Source of the DNA: Candidatus Hadarchaeota archaeon
Lineage (GTDB): Archaea; Hadarchaeota; Hadarchaeia; Hadarchaeales; Hadarchaeaceae
DNA: 32,000 nt
Assembly: GCA_964514965.1 (NCBI GenBank)
Contig: CAZETV010000001.1
Span: forward strand, 210,001-242,000
Direction of reading: 5' to 3'
Shown here: positions 1-7,904 of the stretch, in pieces
How positions within the stretch are numbered: position 1 is the stretch's first letter
How the letters are laid out: the number at the start of each line of letters is the position of its first letter
Notes under the pieces: generated by a model
Told to the model about the DNA's origin: nothing
What the model saw: the letters and a program-made list of their open reading frames with translations, nothing else
Database searches by the model: none
Translations under genes and position numbers: made by a program

Positions 1-2
1 TC

Positions 3-302
3 GCGCAGGTCAGGCAGGCGGTTCGTGTGCCGGGTGTCGACAAGCGCCTGATGCTGATCGAGCCTACACCACGGGGACATGTTGAAAGTCCAGTTATCGG
101 TAGGGAAGCTGAGGTGGCGAAGCATGTCAATGTTAGCTTGGGGATTGTTCGAGAGCGCGTGCAGGTCCTGACTCGTAGGAAAGATGTAGGTCACACTGGA
201 ATTTTCATCCAACGCACACTTTTGCCAGACGAAAGTTTTGAGGAAGTTTTCAAGCGGTTGGTGGAGAGCCATCCGGAGATGAAAGTTCGACTCAAGAAGT
301 AG
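3..302 (+). CDS. hypothetical protein, C-terminal fragment (reading frame open to the window edge)
   Basis: The frame is open from position 3 with no upstream stop, so the listed ATG at 27 may be internal. No motif recognised. The 3' end overlaps the convergent lysK by 11 nt. Confidence 0.3.
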   Translation, partial: AQVRQAVRVPGVDKRLMLIEPTPRGHVESPVIGREAEVAKHVNVSLGIVRERVQVLTRRKDVGHTGIFIQRTLLPDESFEEVFKRLVESHPEMKVRLKK

Positions 303-1881
303 CTTCCTTAAGGCGCGAGATGACGAACTCCTTATCAAGAACCGATATGAAGCTGCCCGCTCGGGGGCCGGACTCCCTACCCAGCAAGACTAGATAAATA
401 GCTTTGAATAATTCGGGTGTTTTCAGATTAACTTGCTGGGCGAGTTCATAGATGTGGTTGTGAAGTTCGACCGGGGTAAAATCGCGGGAAGATATATCGG
501 TAGTCAACTGTGTCAAACCCTGTTTCTGTTTTTGGGTGAGGAGCCCTGCAGCTTCGGCAGGAAGGGTTTCAGTAACTTTGAACCGCAGACGCTCGGGTGC
601 ATATTTTGGTACCCAATTTTGCGCACACCTCAATCGGCGGAGGGCTAGTTTAATATCAACTTCGCTTGGGTCCGTTAGTATTCCTCTGGAAGTTAAAACG
701 TCGATTGTCTGCTTTTCATCTCGCATGACTTGGCTCAGCACTGCGGAAAATTTGAATGGTACACGCTGCACAGGTCGTTTTGACGTTTCGTGAATCTGGG
801 AAAGCTGGTAGATGCGCTTGAGCTGTTCTCCCTTTCGGGCACCTGTTTCAATCATGCCGAAATAGACTTGCTCCACGAGGTCGTACTCATCGTAAAGATC
901 CAGCAGCGCTAGTCCAGGGTCGAACTCCTTGGCCTTCATAGATTTACTCTTAAAGATGAAGTAGCGCAGAAGTTCGGGCTCGGCTATCTCAAGCCATTGG
1001 GGGAGCGTGAACACAACTCCTTTCGAAGATGACATCTGTTTGCCCTTGAGGCTGACCCATTCATATGGTACGGGATAAGGGGCTTTGTATCCGAAAATTT
1101 GTTTTGCGATCGATTTACCCGTATCGTAACTTCCGCCAACGACTGCATGATCTTTGCCGAAGGGCTCGCAGGTAACGCCGAGCAACTTCCAGCGCGCGGG
1201 CCACTCCACCCGCCAAGTCAGTTTACCCTGACCTTTGGTGAAATCGGCCTCTCCCTCATAACCACAGCCGGCAGCGTAGTCAGACCCCTCGCACCTATAA
1301 CTTACGTAGTTATCGTGCCAGCTGTACGACCGAGTAGTTGCAAGCTTACCGCATCGCTCGCACAATGCATCATAAGGCAGCCAGTCCTCGGGCAATGGTC
1401 TGGAACGGTATCGGTTGAGGATCGTGCGAATTTTGTCGGCTTTCTCGAGGGCGACTCGGATTGAATCAGCCATCTTTCCGCTTTGATAAATTTCTGCACC
1501 TGAGTAAACCTTCACATCGACTCCGAAATCGTCGAATGATTCGATGAACGGGCGGGCGAAGTAATCGACGAAATTTTTGTACTTGGGATCGGGCGAGGGA
1601 ATATCGATGTAGGGCACACCTAAGTACTGCGCATATTTTTCAGCCAACTCACCCTCGTTCAACGGCCAAGGTATCCTGCGCATGGGGTCGAAATCGTCGG
1701 CATACCAAAAAGCCTCCCCTTCGCCCCCTAATTCCTCTAGCGCTCTTCGGACCCCGTCTGCTATGAAGACATCATTGCAATGGCCAATGTGAATGTGACC
1801 GGAAACGGAGATTCCGCTGGCGATAACATGTTTTTTTCCCCGTTTGAGCAGGGTTTTTGCGACTCGGTCTATCCAGTGCAT
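292..1881 (-). CDS. lysK: lysyl-tRNA synthetase, class I (archaeal type)
   Basis: 529 aa. N-terminus MHW...SGISVSGHIHIGH carries the HIGH motif. Also GKLTWRVEWPARW, GKDHAVVGGSYDTG, the KMSKS-equivalent MSSSKGVVF, and C-terminal GSFISVLDKEFVISR. The whole-length pattern is typical of class I LysRS. Confidence 0.95.
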   Translation of the reverse strand: MHWIDRVAKTLLKRGKKHVIASGISVSGHIHIGHCNDVFIADGVRRALEELGGEGEAFWYADDFDPMRRIPWPLNEGELAEKYAQYLGVPYIDIPSPDPKYKNFVDYFARPFIESFDDFGVDVKVYSGAEIYQSGKMADSIRVALEKADKIRTILNRYRSRPLPEDWLPYDALCERCGKLATTRSYSWHDNYVSYRCEGSDYAAGCGYEGEADFTKGQGKLTWRVEWPARWKLLGVTCEPFGKDHAVVGGSYDTGKSIAKQIFGYKAPYPVPYEWVSLKGKQMSSSKGVVFTLPQWLEIAEPELLRYFIFKSKSMKAKEFDPGLALLDLYDEYDLVEQVYFGMIETGARKGEQLKRIYQLSQIHETSKRPVQRVPFKFSAVLSQVMRDEKQTIDVLTSRGILTDPSEVDIKLALRRLRCAQNWVPKYAPERLRFKVTETLPAEAAGLLTQKQKQGLTQLTTDISSRDFTPVELHNHIYELAQQVNLKTPELFKAIYLVLLGRESGPRAGSFISVLDKEFVISRLKEATS

Positions 1882-1914
1882 GTAACCGAGTAGATTTAAT
1901 ATTGTACACCTAAA

Positions 1915-3090
1915 ATGTTAGCGGGTGTGAGATTGAAACCAGCCAAGCGTATGAAAGAAATCCCTCCGTCGAGCACGTTTAAAGTTTTGAACCTCGCCAA
2001 GGAACTCGAGCGCCAAGGAAAGGATATCGTCCACATGGAAGTTGGCGAGCCAGATTTTGACACTCCGGCCCACGTCAAGCGGGCCGCGGAGGAGGCCCTT
2101 GCGCGGGGGATGACAAAATATACACCGAGTGCCGGCCTGCCCGAGTTACGTGAAGCGATTGCGGAGCACTTAGCCACGAAGGGCATTTCCACGGATTCGA
2201 AAAACGTGATAGTTACTCCGGGAGCGAAACACGCTATCTTCTGCGCCTTGGCCGCAACACTTGACCCTGGAGACGAAGTGATAATTCCCAGCCCGTGTTG
2301 GACTTACGAAGCCATGGTGCGGATAGCTGGGGGTAAACCTGTGCTCATAGAGAGTAAACAATCTGATGAATTCAAGGTGAAAGTAGAACAAGTGCAGGAG
2401 GCGCTAAATAGAAATACAAGGATGCTTTTGCTCAACTATCCTAACAACCCAACCGGCGCGGTCATGCAACAAAAAGACCTTCAGCCCATCATCGATCTTG
2501 CTATCGATCATGAGCTTTGGGTTTTGTCCGATGAGATTTACGATTGCTTGGTGTACGATGAAAAACACATGAGCGTTATGTCGCTAGCGAATGCTGCTGA
2601 GCGCACGATTTACATCAACGGTTTTTCGAAAGCTTACGCGATGACAGGCTGGCGTTTGGGTTACGCGGTTGCACCGGTCGAATTGGTCAAGGAGATAAAC
2701 AAGATACAGCAGGCATCGACAACGTGCGCAGCGGGATTTGTACAAGCTGGAGGCGTGGCGGCTTTGTGCGGTCCTCAGGATTGCGTCCGTGAGATGCGTG
2801 ACGAATATCGAAAGCGTCGAGATGCGATCGTCAATGGATTAAACTCGATCGATGAATTCGAATGCGCAAAACCTGCAGGTGCTTTCTACGTATTTCCTCG
2901 CATCAAAAAACCGGAAGTTTCATCCTTAGATTTTTGCGAATCTCTTTTGCGCGAGGCGGGCGTTGCCGCGGTGCCCGGCAGCGGCTTCGGTCCCTATGGT
3001 GAGGGGCATGTACGTTTCAGCTATGCTACCTCGATACAGAATATCCAACGGGCGCTAGATCGGATAGAAGATGCTCTCGCAAAACGTTAG
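1915..3090 (+). CDS. PLP-dependent aminotransferase, class I/II (aspartate/aromatic aminotransferase-like)
   Basis: 391 aa. Contains GEPDFDTP, NYPNNPTG, and FSKAYAMTGWRLGY, where the SKA lysine is the PLP-binding lysine context. Substrate specificity cannot be inferred by eye. Confidence 0.9.
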   Translation: MLAGVRLKPAKRMKEIPPSSTFKVLNLAKELERQGKDIVHMEVGEPDFDTPAHVKRAAEEALARGMTKYTPSAGLPELREAIAEHLATKGISTDSKNVIVTPGAKHAIFCALAATLDPGDEVIIPSPCWTYEAMVRIAGGKPVLIESKQSDEFKVKVEQVQEALNRNTRMLLLNYPNNPTGAVMQQKDLQPIIDLAIDHELWVLSDEIYDCLVYDEKHMSVMSLANAAERTIYINGFSKAYAMTGWRLGYAVAPVELVKEINKIQQASTTCAAGFVQAGGVAALCGPQDCVREMRDEYRKRRDAIVNGLNSIDEFECAKPAGAFYVFPRIKKPEVSSLDFCESLLREAGVAAVPGSGFGPYGEGHVRFSYATSIQNIQRALDRIEDALAKR

Positions 3091-3114
3091 TTTAAATACC
3101 ATAAAAAAAAATTA
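3091..3114 (+). promoter_or_regulatory. AT-rich TATA-like region upstream of receiver gene 1
   Basis: tttaaatacc ataaaaaaaaatta lies directly after the aminotransferase stop, 15-38 nt upstream of ATG 3129. It is followed by the SD-like aggagtg. The exact TATA box and TSS cannot be placed. Confidence 0.25.
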
Positions 3115-3128
3115 TACTAGGAGTGAAA

Positions 3129-3161
3129 ATGTCGAAGAAGATAATGGTTGTAGATGACGAG
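3129..3161. repeat. inverted repeat A, copy 1 (33 nt, perfect; 5' end of receiver gene 1)
   Basis: atgtcgaagaagataatggttgtagatgacgag is identical to the reverse complement of 7872-7904. Identity extends 3 nt upstream of the ATG. Confidence 0.95.
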
Positions 3162-3497
3162 CCCCACATTTGTGAAGCGGTTAAAATCAATCTGGAGGCC
3201 GAAGGGTTCAAAGTGTTAACCGCGTCAAGTGGTCAAGAATGTTTAGACATGTTGAAAAACGAGTCAGTTGATTTGATCTTAATGGATTTCTTTATGCCAG
3301 AGATGAATGGTAGAGAATTGTGTTCAAAAATCAGGAAAGACCCAAAATTAGCGTCCCTCCCGGTAGTATTTCTAACCGTTGCGCAATTTGGTGGAATAGG
3401 GAAGGAGAAATTACGTAAATTGAATATCGCAGATTACATAGCGAAACCTTTCGACAACTCTGATTTAATCAGAATGGTAAAGAAAATTTTTAGATAA
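3129..3497 (+). CDS. stand-alone response-regulator receiver domain protein (CheY-like), paralog 1
   Basis: MSKKIMVVDDE acidic pocket, phospho-acceptor context DLILMDFFMP, conserved T (FLTV) and K (YIAKPF). No output domain. I prefer ATG 3129 over the listed GTG 3123 because paralog 2 starts with the identical MSKKIMVVDDE. Confidence 0.9.
   Translation: MSKKIMVVDDEPHICEAVKINLEAEGFKVLTASSGQECLDMLKNESVDLILMDFFMPEMNGRELCSKIRKDPKLASLPVVFLTVAQFGGIGKEKLRKLNIADYIAKPFDNSDLIRMVKKIFR
3417..3474. repeat. inverted repeat B, copy 1 (58 nt, perfect; 3' part of receiver gene 1)
   Basis: aaattgaatatcgcagattacatagcgaaacctttcgacaactctgatttaatcagaa is identical to the reverse complement of 7559-7616. Confidence 0.95.
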
Positions 3498-3841
3498 ACG
3501 GGAAAAATTGAAAATTTCAGAATTATCTCTTGTAAGCAAAGGGTGAGGCACGGCGCCACCTGCTAGGATTGATTAGAAGAGCGTTACTTAAGTCTGTTTA
3601 TTCTAGGCTTTTGTCCAATTTTAGGAGAATTAACACCAATTTTATAAAAAAATTCGTTGAAATTTTGGGAATTGTGATAAAACACCTTTTTTTATGGCTT
3701 ATTACGAAGCTTTTAAAGTCTAAGATAAATGTTAATCAGTGGGGGTGAACAGGTTGGGCGAAGGCGAGGGCCTCGGAAAAATACTGTTCTTTTTCCGGCA
3801 AGCAATTGACGGAAATCAAGAGAGGTTAAGGAGGCAAAACT

Positions 3842-3874
3842 ATGAAATCTGAAGAAAATGAGGTGGAAGTCTGA
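3842..3874 (+). other. possible 10-codon upstream ORF (MKSEENEVEV) with a strong SD
   Basis: aaggagg lies 7 nt upstream of the ATG. A similar MKGEENV mini-ORF sits upstream of the paralogous 3-TM gene at 9350-9373. Confidence 0.2.
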
Positions 3875-3894
3875 GTATTGATATCGGTTCCATA

Positions 3895-4167
3895 GTGGCT
3901 ATTGTCCTGTCCATCACATATATCGTTATCATCAGTTGGGCCCTTATCTATTTCAGAAAAACTATAAGAATGCTCAGCGGCGGTAAGAACTGGAAGTTAT
4001 TGATAGCGGGGGGCGCGGTATACGGTTTTAGCTTCATCGCCTTTTCACTATGGCATGAACACTCAATCGAATTTCTGATAAGCGACTTGAGCGGAGTGTT
4101 AGGGTCGGCTTTACTTTTGTACGGACTTATGCGGATGCACCGCTCGATAAAGAGGGCGAAAGGATGA
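3895..4167 (+). CDS. small 3-TM membrane protein, module 1
   Basis: 90 aa with three hydrophobic segments and a basic C-tail (MRMHRSIKRAKG). Its stop overlaps the kinase start (ATGA). It is homologous in layout and partly in sequence to ORF 9366-9653. Confidence 0.6.
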   Translation: MAIVLSITYIVIISWALIYFRKTIRMLSGGKNWKLLIAGGAVYGFSFIAFSLWHEHSIEFLISDLSGVLGSALLLYGLMRMHRSIKRAKG

Positions 4168-6098
4168 CAGTTCTCAGCTTCGTCGCTTTTATTATCATGC
4201 TCTTCGCGGTGTTTTATGCGTTCAGTATTCGGAGGATTTATCCGCATCCATTTTGGACTTGGTTCGGGATCGCACTCGTAGGAGCGACCTTGGGTGAAGC
4301 TGGACTCTTTTTACCTAGACCGGTTGCTGAATCGATTTGGCATTTCAATGTGCTCGTCCCCGCGTTGGTGGCAAGTGTATCAGCTCTAATCGCCGCTAAA
4401 AAATTGAAGGCCAGCGCCACATTTTCGAGGGCAGGGGTAGTTGTTGAGGAGAGAGGACTGTTGCGTGGGGAGTTGAGAGTGCTGAGGGCTTACACTCTTT
4501 TGACGAATCATTTTTTGGCAATCATCGCGCCACTTGTCCGAGTTGAACCTTTGAAATATACATTAAATAAATGCGTTGCCGAGCATGAGACACTAAAAGG
4601 TTGCGAAATAACCGACGAAGGGACGCTGAAAACGGATGGAATCATTAATCTTTTGAGTCGGATGAGTGAAGAGGAAGCTACACGAGAAATTTACAATGCA
4701 TTTTCGGCGCTTAATTCGAGCTTAATCGAGCTTTACGCGAATCTCACTTCGCCTAGAAATGCTAGCATAACTGCGGCATCAGCAGCGATGGCAGAAATAG
4801 AACCGTATGCTGATATCTTTAGCAAGACTGGCGTACCGTTTGGTAAACATGAAGAGGTTATTTACCAGTATGGAGTATTACTCCACCTGCCTGACGGTAT
4901 GGCAACACATGACAAAGCGAAAACATTCGCGTTTCTACTGTTCAAAGATGTTTTGGAGCCCCTCCTGAAGCGATGCAAATTGGAAACTGTCGATGCGGTT
5001 CGAGAGCTGATCAGAGAACTCATCGAGAAGAGGCTAATGACCGCCGGAATTAAAATAGCAAACGATGGGACGGTAGACCTCAGCGCGGTTTATGATGGAA
5101 TTGAGGGGTTGCCCACTGAAATGAGCATCAGGGGGGCAGTATCACTGTTTTCTGCCGCCGCGAAAGCCTGTCTTCCCGTTATTCAGAAAGATATAGGTTT
5201 TGAACTCCTGAAGGAGAATATTGAAAATTTTTTCCGTTTGATGATGGTAGAAAAACTGCCACCAGGGTTTGACACGTTAGTTTTTTCTGAAGCGATCAAC
5301 GTCCTACCAGAAGGCTTGCTAGAAAAGGAAAAAATGGAAATCTTGGAAAAAGACGAATTGGAAAGGAGAGTGAGAAAAAAAACCGCCGAACTGGAAAAGG
5401 CATATGCAGAACTTAAAGCGCTGGATCAGCTGAAGGACGAATTCCTCAGTATGATCGCACATGAATTGAAAACACCGCTGACACCTATGAGTAGTTTTTT
5501 GCAGTTGATTGAAAGCGAAAAACTTGGAGAAGTAACCGATAAGCAGAGGGATGCTTTAAAAATAATTTTTCAGGAGATCGGGCGCATGAGAGGCACAATC
5601 GATAAGATTCTGGAGATATCAAGGATAGAATCAGGAAAGATGAAGCTCGAACTTGAAAACTTGCAACTGACGGATCTTATCCAAAACACGATTGAGAAGA
5701 TGAGGCCGATAGCCGATCAAAAGGGTATTGCTCTTAATCAAGAGGTAATCGAATTGCCACTGATCAGAGCAGATGGAGAATGGTTAAGGGTTGTTTTGAA
5801 CAACTTGGTCGAAAACGGGATCAAGTTTACGCCTGAGGGACGCCCAATAACAGTCAGGGCCAAATTACAGGAAGACGCTGTTTTGGTCGAGGTGATAGAC
5901 ACTGGCATAGGGATTGCACCAGAAAACATCCCGAAGCTTTTCACGAAATTCTCCCAAATAGACTATTCCGTTCCGGGAGCTGGTCTGGGTCTGAGTATAT
6001 GCAAGATGATCGTGGAAGCACATGGGGGGAAAATAGGGGTGAAGAGTAGACTGGGTAAAGGCTCGACATTCTTTTTCAAACTACCGGTAAAAATATGA
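4164..6098 (+). CDS. membrane-anchored sensor histidine kinase, paralog 1 (3 TM + unassigned ~280-aa domain + coiled coil + HisKA + HATPase_c)
   Basis: H-box SMIAHELKTPL, N-box NLVENGIKFTP, G1 DTGIGI, F-box FTKF, G2 GAGLGLSICK. The N-terminal ~90 aa are hydrophobic (3 TM). Confidence 0.9.
   Translation: MTVLSFVAFIIMLFAVFYAFSIRRIYPHPFWTWFGIALVGATLGEAGLFLPRPVAESIWHFNVLVPALVASVSALIAAKKLKASATFSRAGVVVEERGLLRGELRVLRAYTLLTNHFLAIIAPLVRVEPLKYTLNKCVAEHETLKGCEITDEGTLKTDGIINLLSRMSEEEATREIYNAFSALNSSLIELYANLTSPRNASITAASAAMAEIEPYADIFSKTGVPFGKHEEVIYQYGVLLHLPDGMATHDKAKTFAFLLFKDVLEPLLKRCKLETVDAVRELIRELIEKRLMTAGIKIANDGTVDLSAVYDGIEGLPTEMSIRGAVSLFSAAAKACLPVIQKDIGFELLKENIENFFRLMMVEKLPPGFDTLVFSEAINVLPEGLLEKEKMEILEKDELERRVRKKTAELEKAYAELKALDQLKDEFLSMIAHELKTPLTPMSSFLQLIESEKLGEVTDKQRDALKIIFQEIGRMRGTIDKILEISRIESGKMKLELENLQLTDLIQNTIEKMRPIADQKGIALNQEVIELPLIRADGEWLRVVLNNLVENGIKFTPEGRPITVRAKLQEDAVLVEVIDTGIGIAPENIPKLFTKFSQIDYSVPGAGLGLSICKMIVEAHGGKIGVKSRLGKGSTFFFKLPVKI
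6021..6077. repeat. direct repeat C, copy 1 (57 nt, 54/57 identical; 3' end of kinase 1)
   Basis: catggggggaaaataggggtgaagagtagactgggtaaaggctcgacattctttttc compared with 11501-11557. Mismatches at 6038, 6043 and 6062. Confidence 0.9.
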
Positions 6099-6107
6099 AT
6101 TTCATCA

Positions 6108-6118
6108 TTTTTTGTTTG
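6108..6118 (+). terminator. oligo-T archaeal-type terminator candidate after kinase 1
   Basis: tttttttgttt begins 10 nt after the TGA stop at 6096-6098. Confidence 0.35.
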
Positions 6119-6351
6119 CCAAGAGTTTACATAGGGGGCGAAATATCTTCCAGCCACGCGGAAATGCAAAGTACACTTTTCAGTCTTTGAGAGAGTGTTT
6201 GAATCTAGGAAAAATTTTAACATCGGAACAAAAATAGCGAAACAAAATCTAACTTTCAAGCAATGATTACACTCGTCTTTCATCGTAGAAAACAAAACAC
6301 AAAACTATTAATATGACGGTCAAGATAATAAATTAGAATAGGAAGGAAAAC

Positions 6352-7518
6352 ATGACTAAGAAACTGGTTCTAGCTGATCTCTTTTTCAACACCGAAAAAG
6401 GGTTTGAAGATTATGGCATGGTGACTTGGGGTAAGGAGCGCAAAATCAATGTTAATCTAGTGCATACGGAGACACTTTCAGCCTATGATGCCTTCATGAA
6501 CGCAACCAAACTTGGCATTTGCAGATACGACGTTACCATGATATGGGGTGGTCTCATCCCCTCAATAGCGGCAAGGAGATACGTCTTGAATCTAGATGAT
6601 TATGTGACCCCTCAGAAAATAGCTGGTTTCCTTCCAGCCAGCATGACCTACATGGATTACAGGGGCTCTTTGTATGCTCTACCCGTAGTATCCAACGTTA
6701 TGGTGTTTTATTATCGGACGGACCTGATCAAAACTCCACCCGCCACGGCGGAAGAATTCCTAGAGCTATCGCGAAAATTCAGCAGGCCCCCTTATCTGTA
6801 TGGATCTGTTTTCTCACTTGCGAGGGGTCCTGCTTTGGTGAACAAGTTTCTAGTCTGGCTGTACACGAACGATGGCAAGCTGTTCGATGAAGACGGCAAA
6901 CCCGCTTTCAACAGTAGAGAAGGAGTAGAAGCCTTGCAGTTCATGGTGGATTTGGTAAAGGTAAGCGGCAGCACCCCCCCTGCGCTGAAGTATTTGGATA
7001 CACTGAGTGAATTGGGCTATTTCGCCTCGGGGAAAGCGGCCATGGCGGTAAATTGGTCAACCATTGGTCAGATTATTGACCCCAGATCAGTTGTGAAAGA
7101 CAAGTGGGCCATCGCTCTGATCCCGGGGATTAAGCACACGGCATCCCTGATCGGTACGGACGGATACATCGTTTCTCCTTACACTCGTTACCCAGAGGAA
7201 GCGGTCGAACTGGCTAAGTATATGACAATGAATTACGAAGTGGCAAAACGTCGCATGTTCTACGGAGAGCTACCAGCGCTAAAAGCCGTTTGGAAAGACC
7301 CTGAAATAGTGGCGAAACGTGGACCTTTCCTCAAGGTAGTCCAGGAGCAGCTGAAATCCTCGAAGGTCGAGTTCAATCATTCCGAGCTAGCGAGGGAGTT
7401 TACAAACCCGATGGTAAACGAAATACAATCCGCGTTGCTCAGACAGAAAACACCCGCACAGGCGTTAGATGACGCCGCGGCCGCAGTGGAGAGGATACTC
7501 GAGATAGGGATAGTTTAG
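6352..7518 (+). CDS. ABC-type solute-binding-protein-like protein (family 1, sugar-binding-like) lacking a signal peptide
   Basis: 388 aa. Typical SBP_bac_1 strings: YDVTMIWGG, LYALPVVSNVMVFYYRTDL, KAAMAVNW, GTDGYIVSPYT. The N-terminus MTKKLVLADLFFNTEKGFEDYG has no hydrophobic signal or lipobox. In-frame stops lie just upstream. Confidence 0.85.
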   Translation: MTKKLVLADLFFNTEKGFEDYGMVTWGKERKINVNLVHTETLSAYDAFMNATKLGICRYDVTMIWGGLIPSIAARRYVLNLDDYVTPQKIAGFLPASMTYMDYRGSLYALPVVSNVMVFYYRTDLIKTPPATAEEFLELSRKFSRPPYLYGSVFSLARGPALVNKFLVWLYTNDGKLFDEDGKPAFNSREGVEALQFMVDLVKVSGSTPPALKYLDTLSELGYFASGKAAMAVNWSTIGQIIDPRSVVKDKWAIALIPGIKHTASLIGTDGYIVSPYTRYPEEAVELAKYMTMNYEVAKRRMFYGELPALKAVWKDPEIVAKRGPFLKVVQEQLKSSKVEFNHSELAREFTNPMVNEIQSALLRQKTPAQALDDAAAAVERILEIGIV

Positions 7519-7535
7519 CTGAACGTTTTCGATAC

Positions 7536-7904
7536 CTATTTTATAAGCCTTTTTACCCTTCTGATTAAATCAGAGTTGTCGAAAGGTTTCGCTATGTAAT
7601 CTGCGATATTCAATTTGCGCAGCTTCTTCTTCCCAACTTCGCCGAATTGTGCGACGGTGCGAATCGCTACTTTGAGGAACTTTAACGTGGGATCCTCTCT
7701 TATCTTTTCAAGCACTTCCCTGCCATTCATTCCCGGCATGAAGAAATCTAACAAGACTAGGTCGACTTGTTCATTTTTTAATTTTTCCAAACACTCTGGT
7801 CCACTTGCAGCGGTCAGAACTTTTAATCCTTCGGCTTCAAACATTGCTTTCATCGCTTCACGAATGGGCGCCTCGTCATCTACAACCATTATCTTCTTCG
7901 ACAT
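7536..7904 (-). CDS. stand-alone response-regulator receiver domain protein (CheY-like), paralog 2
   Basis: MSKKIMVVDDE..., DLVLLDFFMPGMNG, YIAKPF. The start is set at the ATG at 7904, homologous to paralog 1. The 37-aa upstream extension in the ORF track has no counterpart in paralog 1. Confidence 0.9.
   Translation of the reverse strand: MSKKIMVVDDEAPIREAMKAMFEAEGLKVLTAASGPECLEKLKNEQVDLVLLDFFMPGMNGREVLEKIREDPTLKFLKVAIRTVAQFGEVGKKKLRKLNIADYIAKPFDNSDLIRRVKRLIK
7559..7616. repeat. inverted repeat B, copy 2 (3' part of receiver gene 2)
   Basis: Reverse complement identical to 3417-3474. Confidence 0.95.
7872..7904. repeat. inverted repeat A, copy 2 (5' end of receiver gene 2)
   Basis: Reverse complement identical to 3129-3161. 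Confidence 0.95.
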
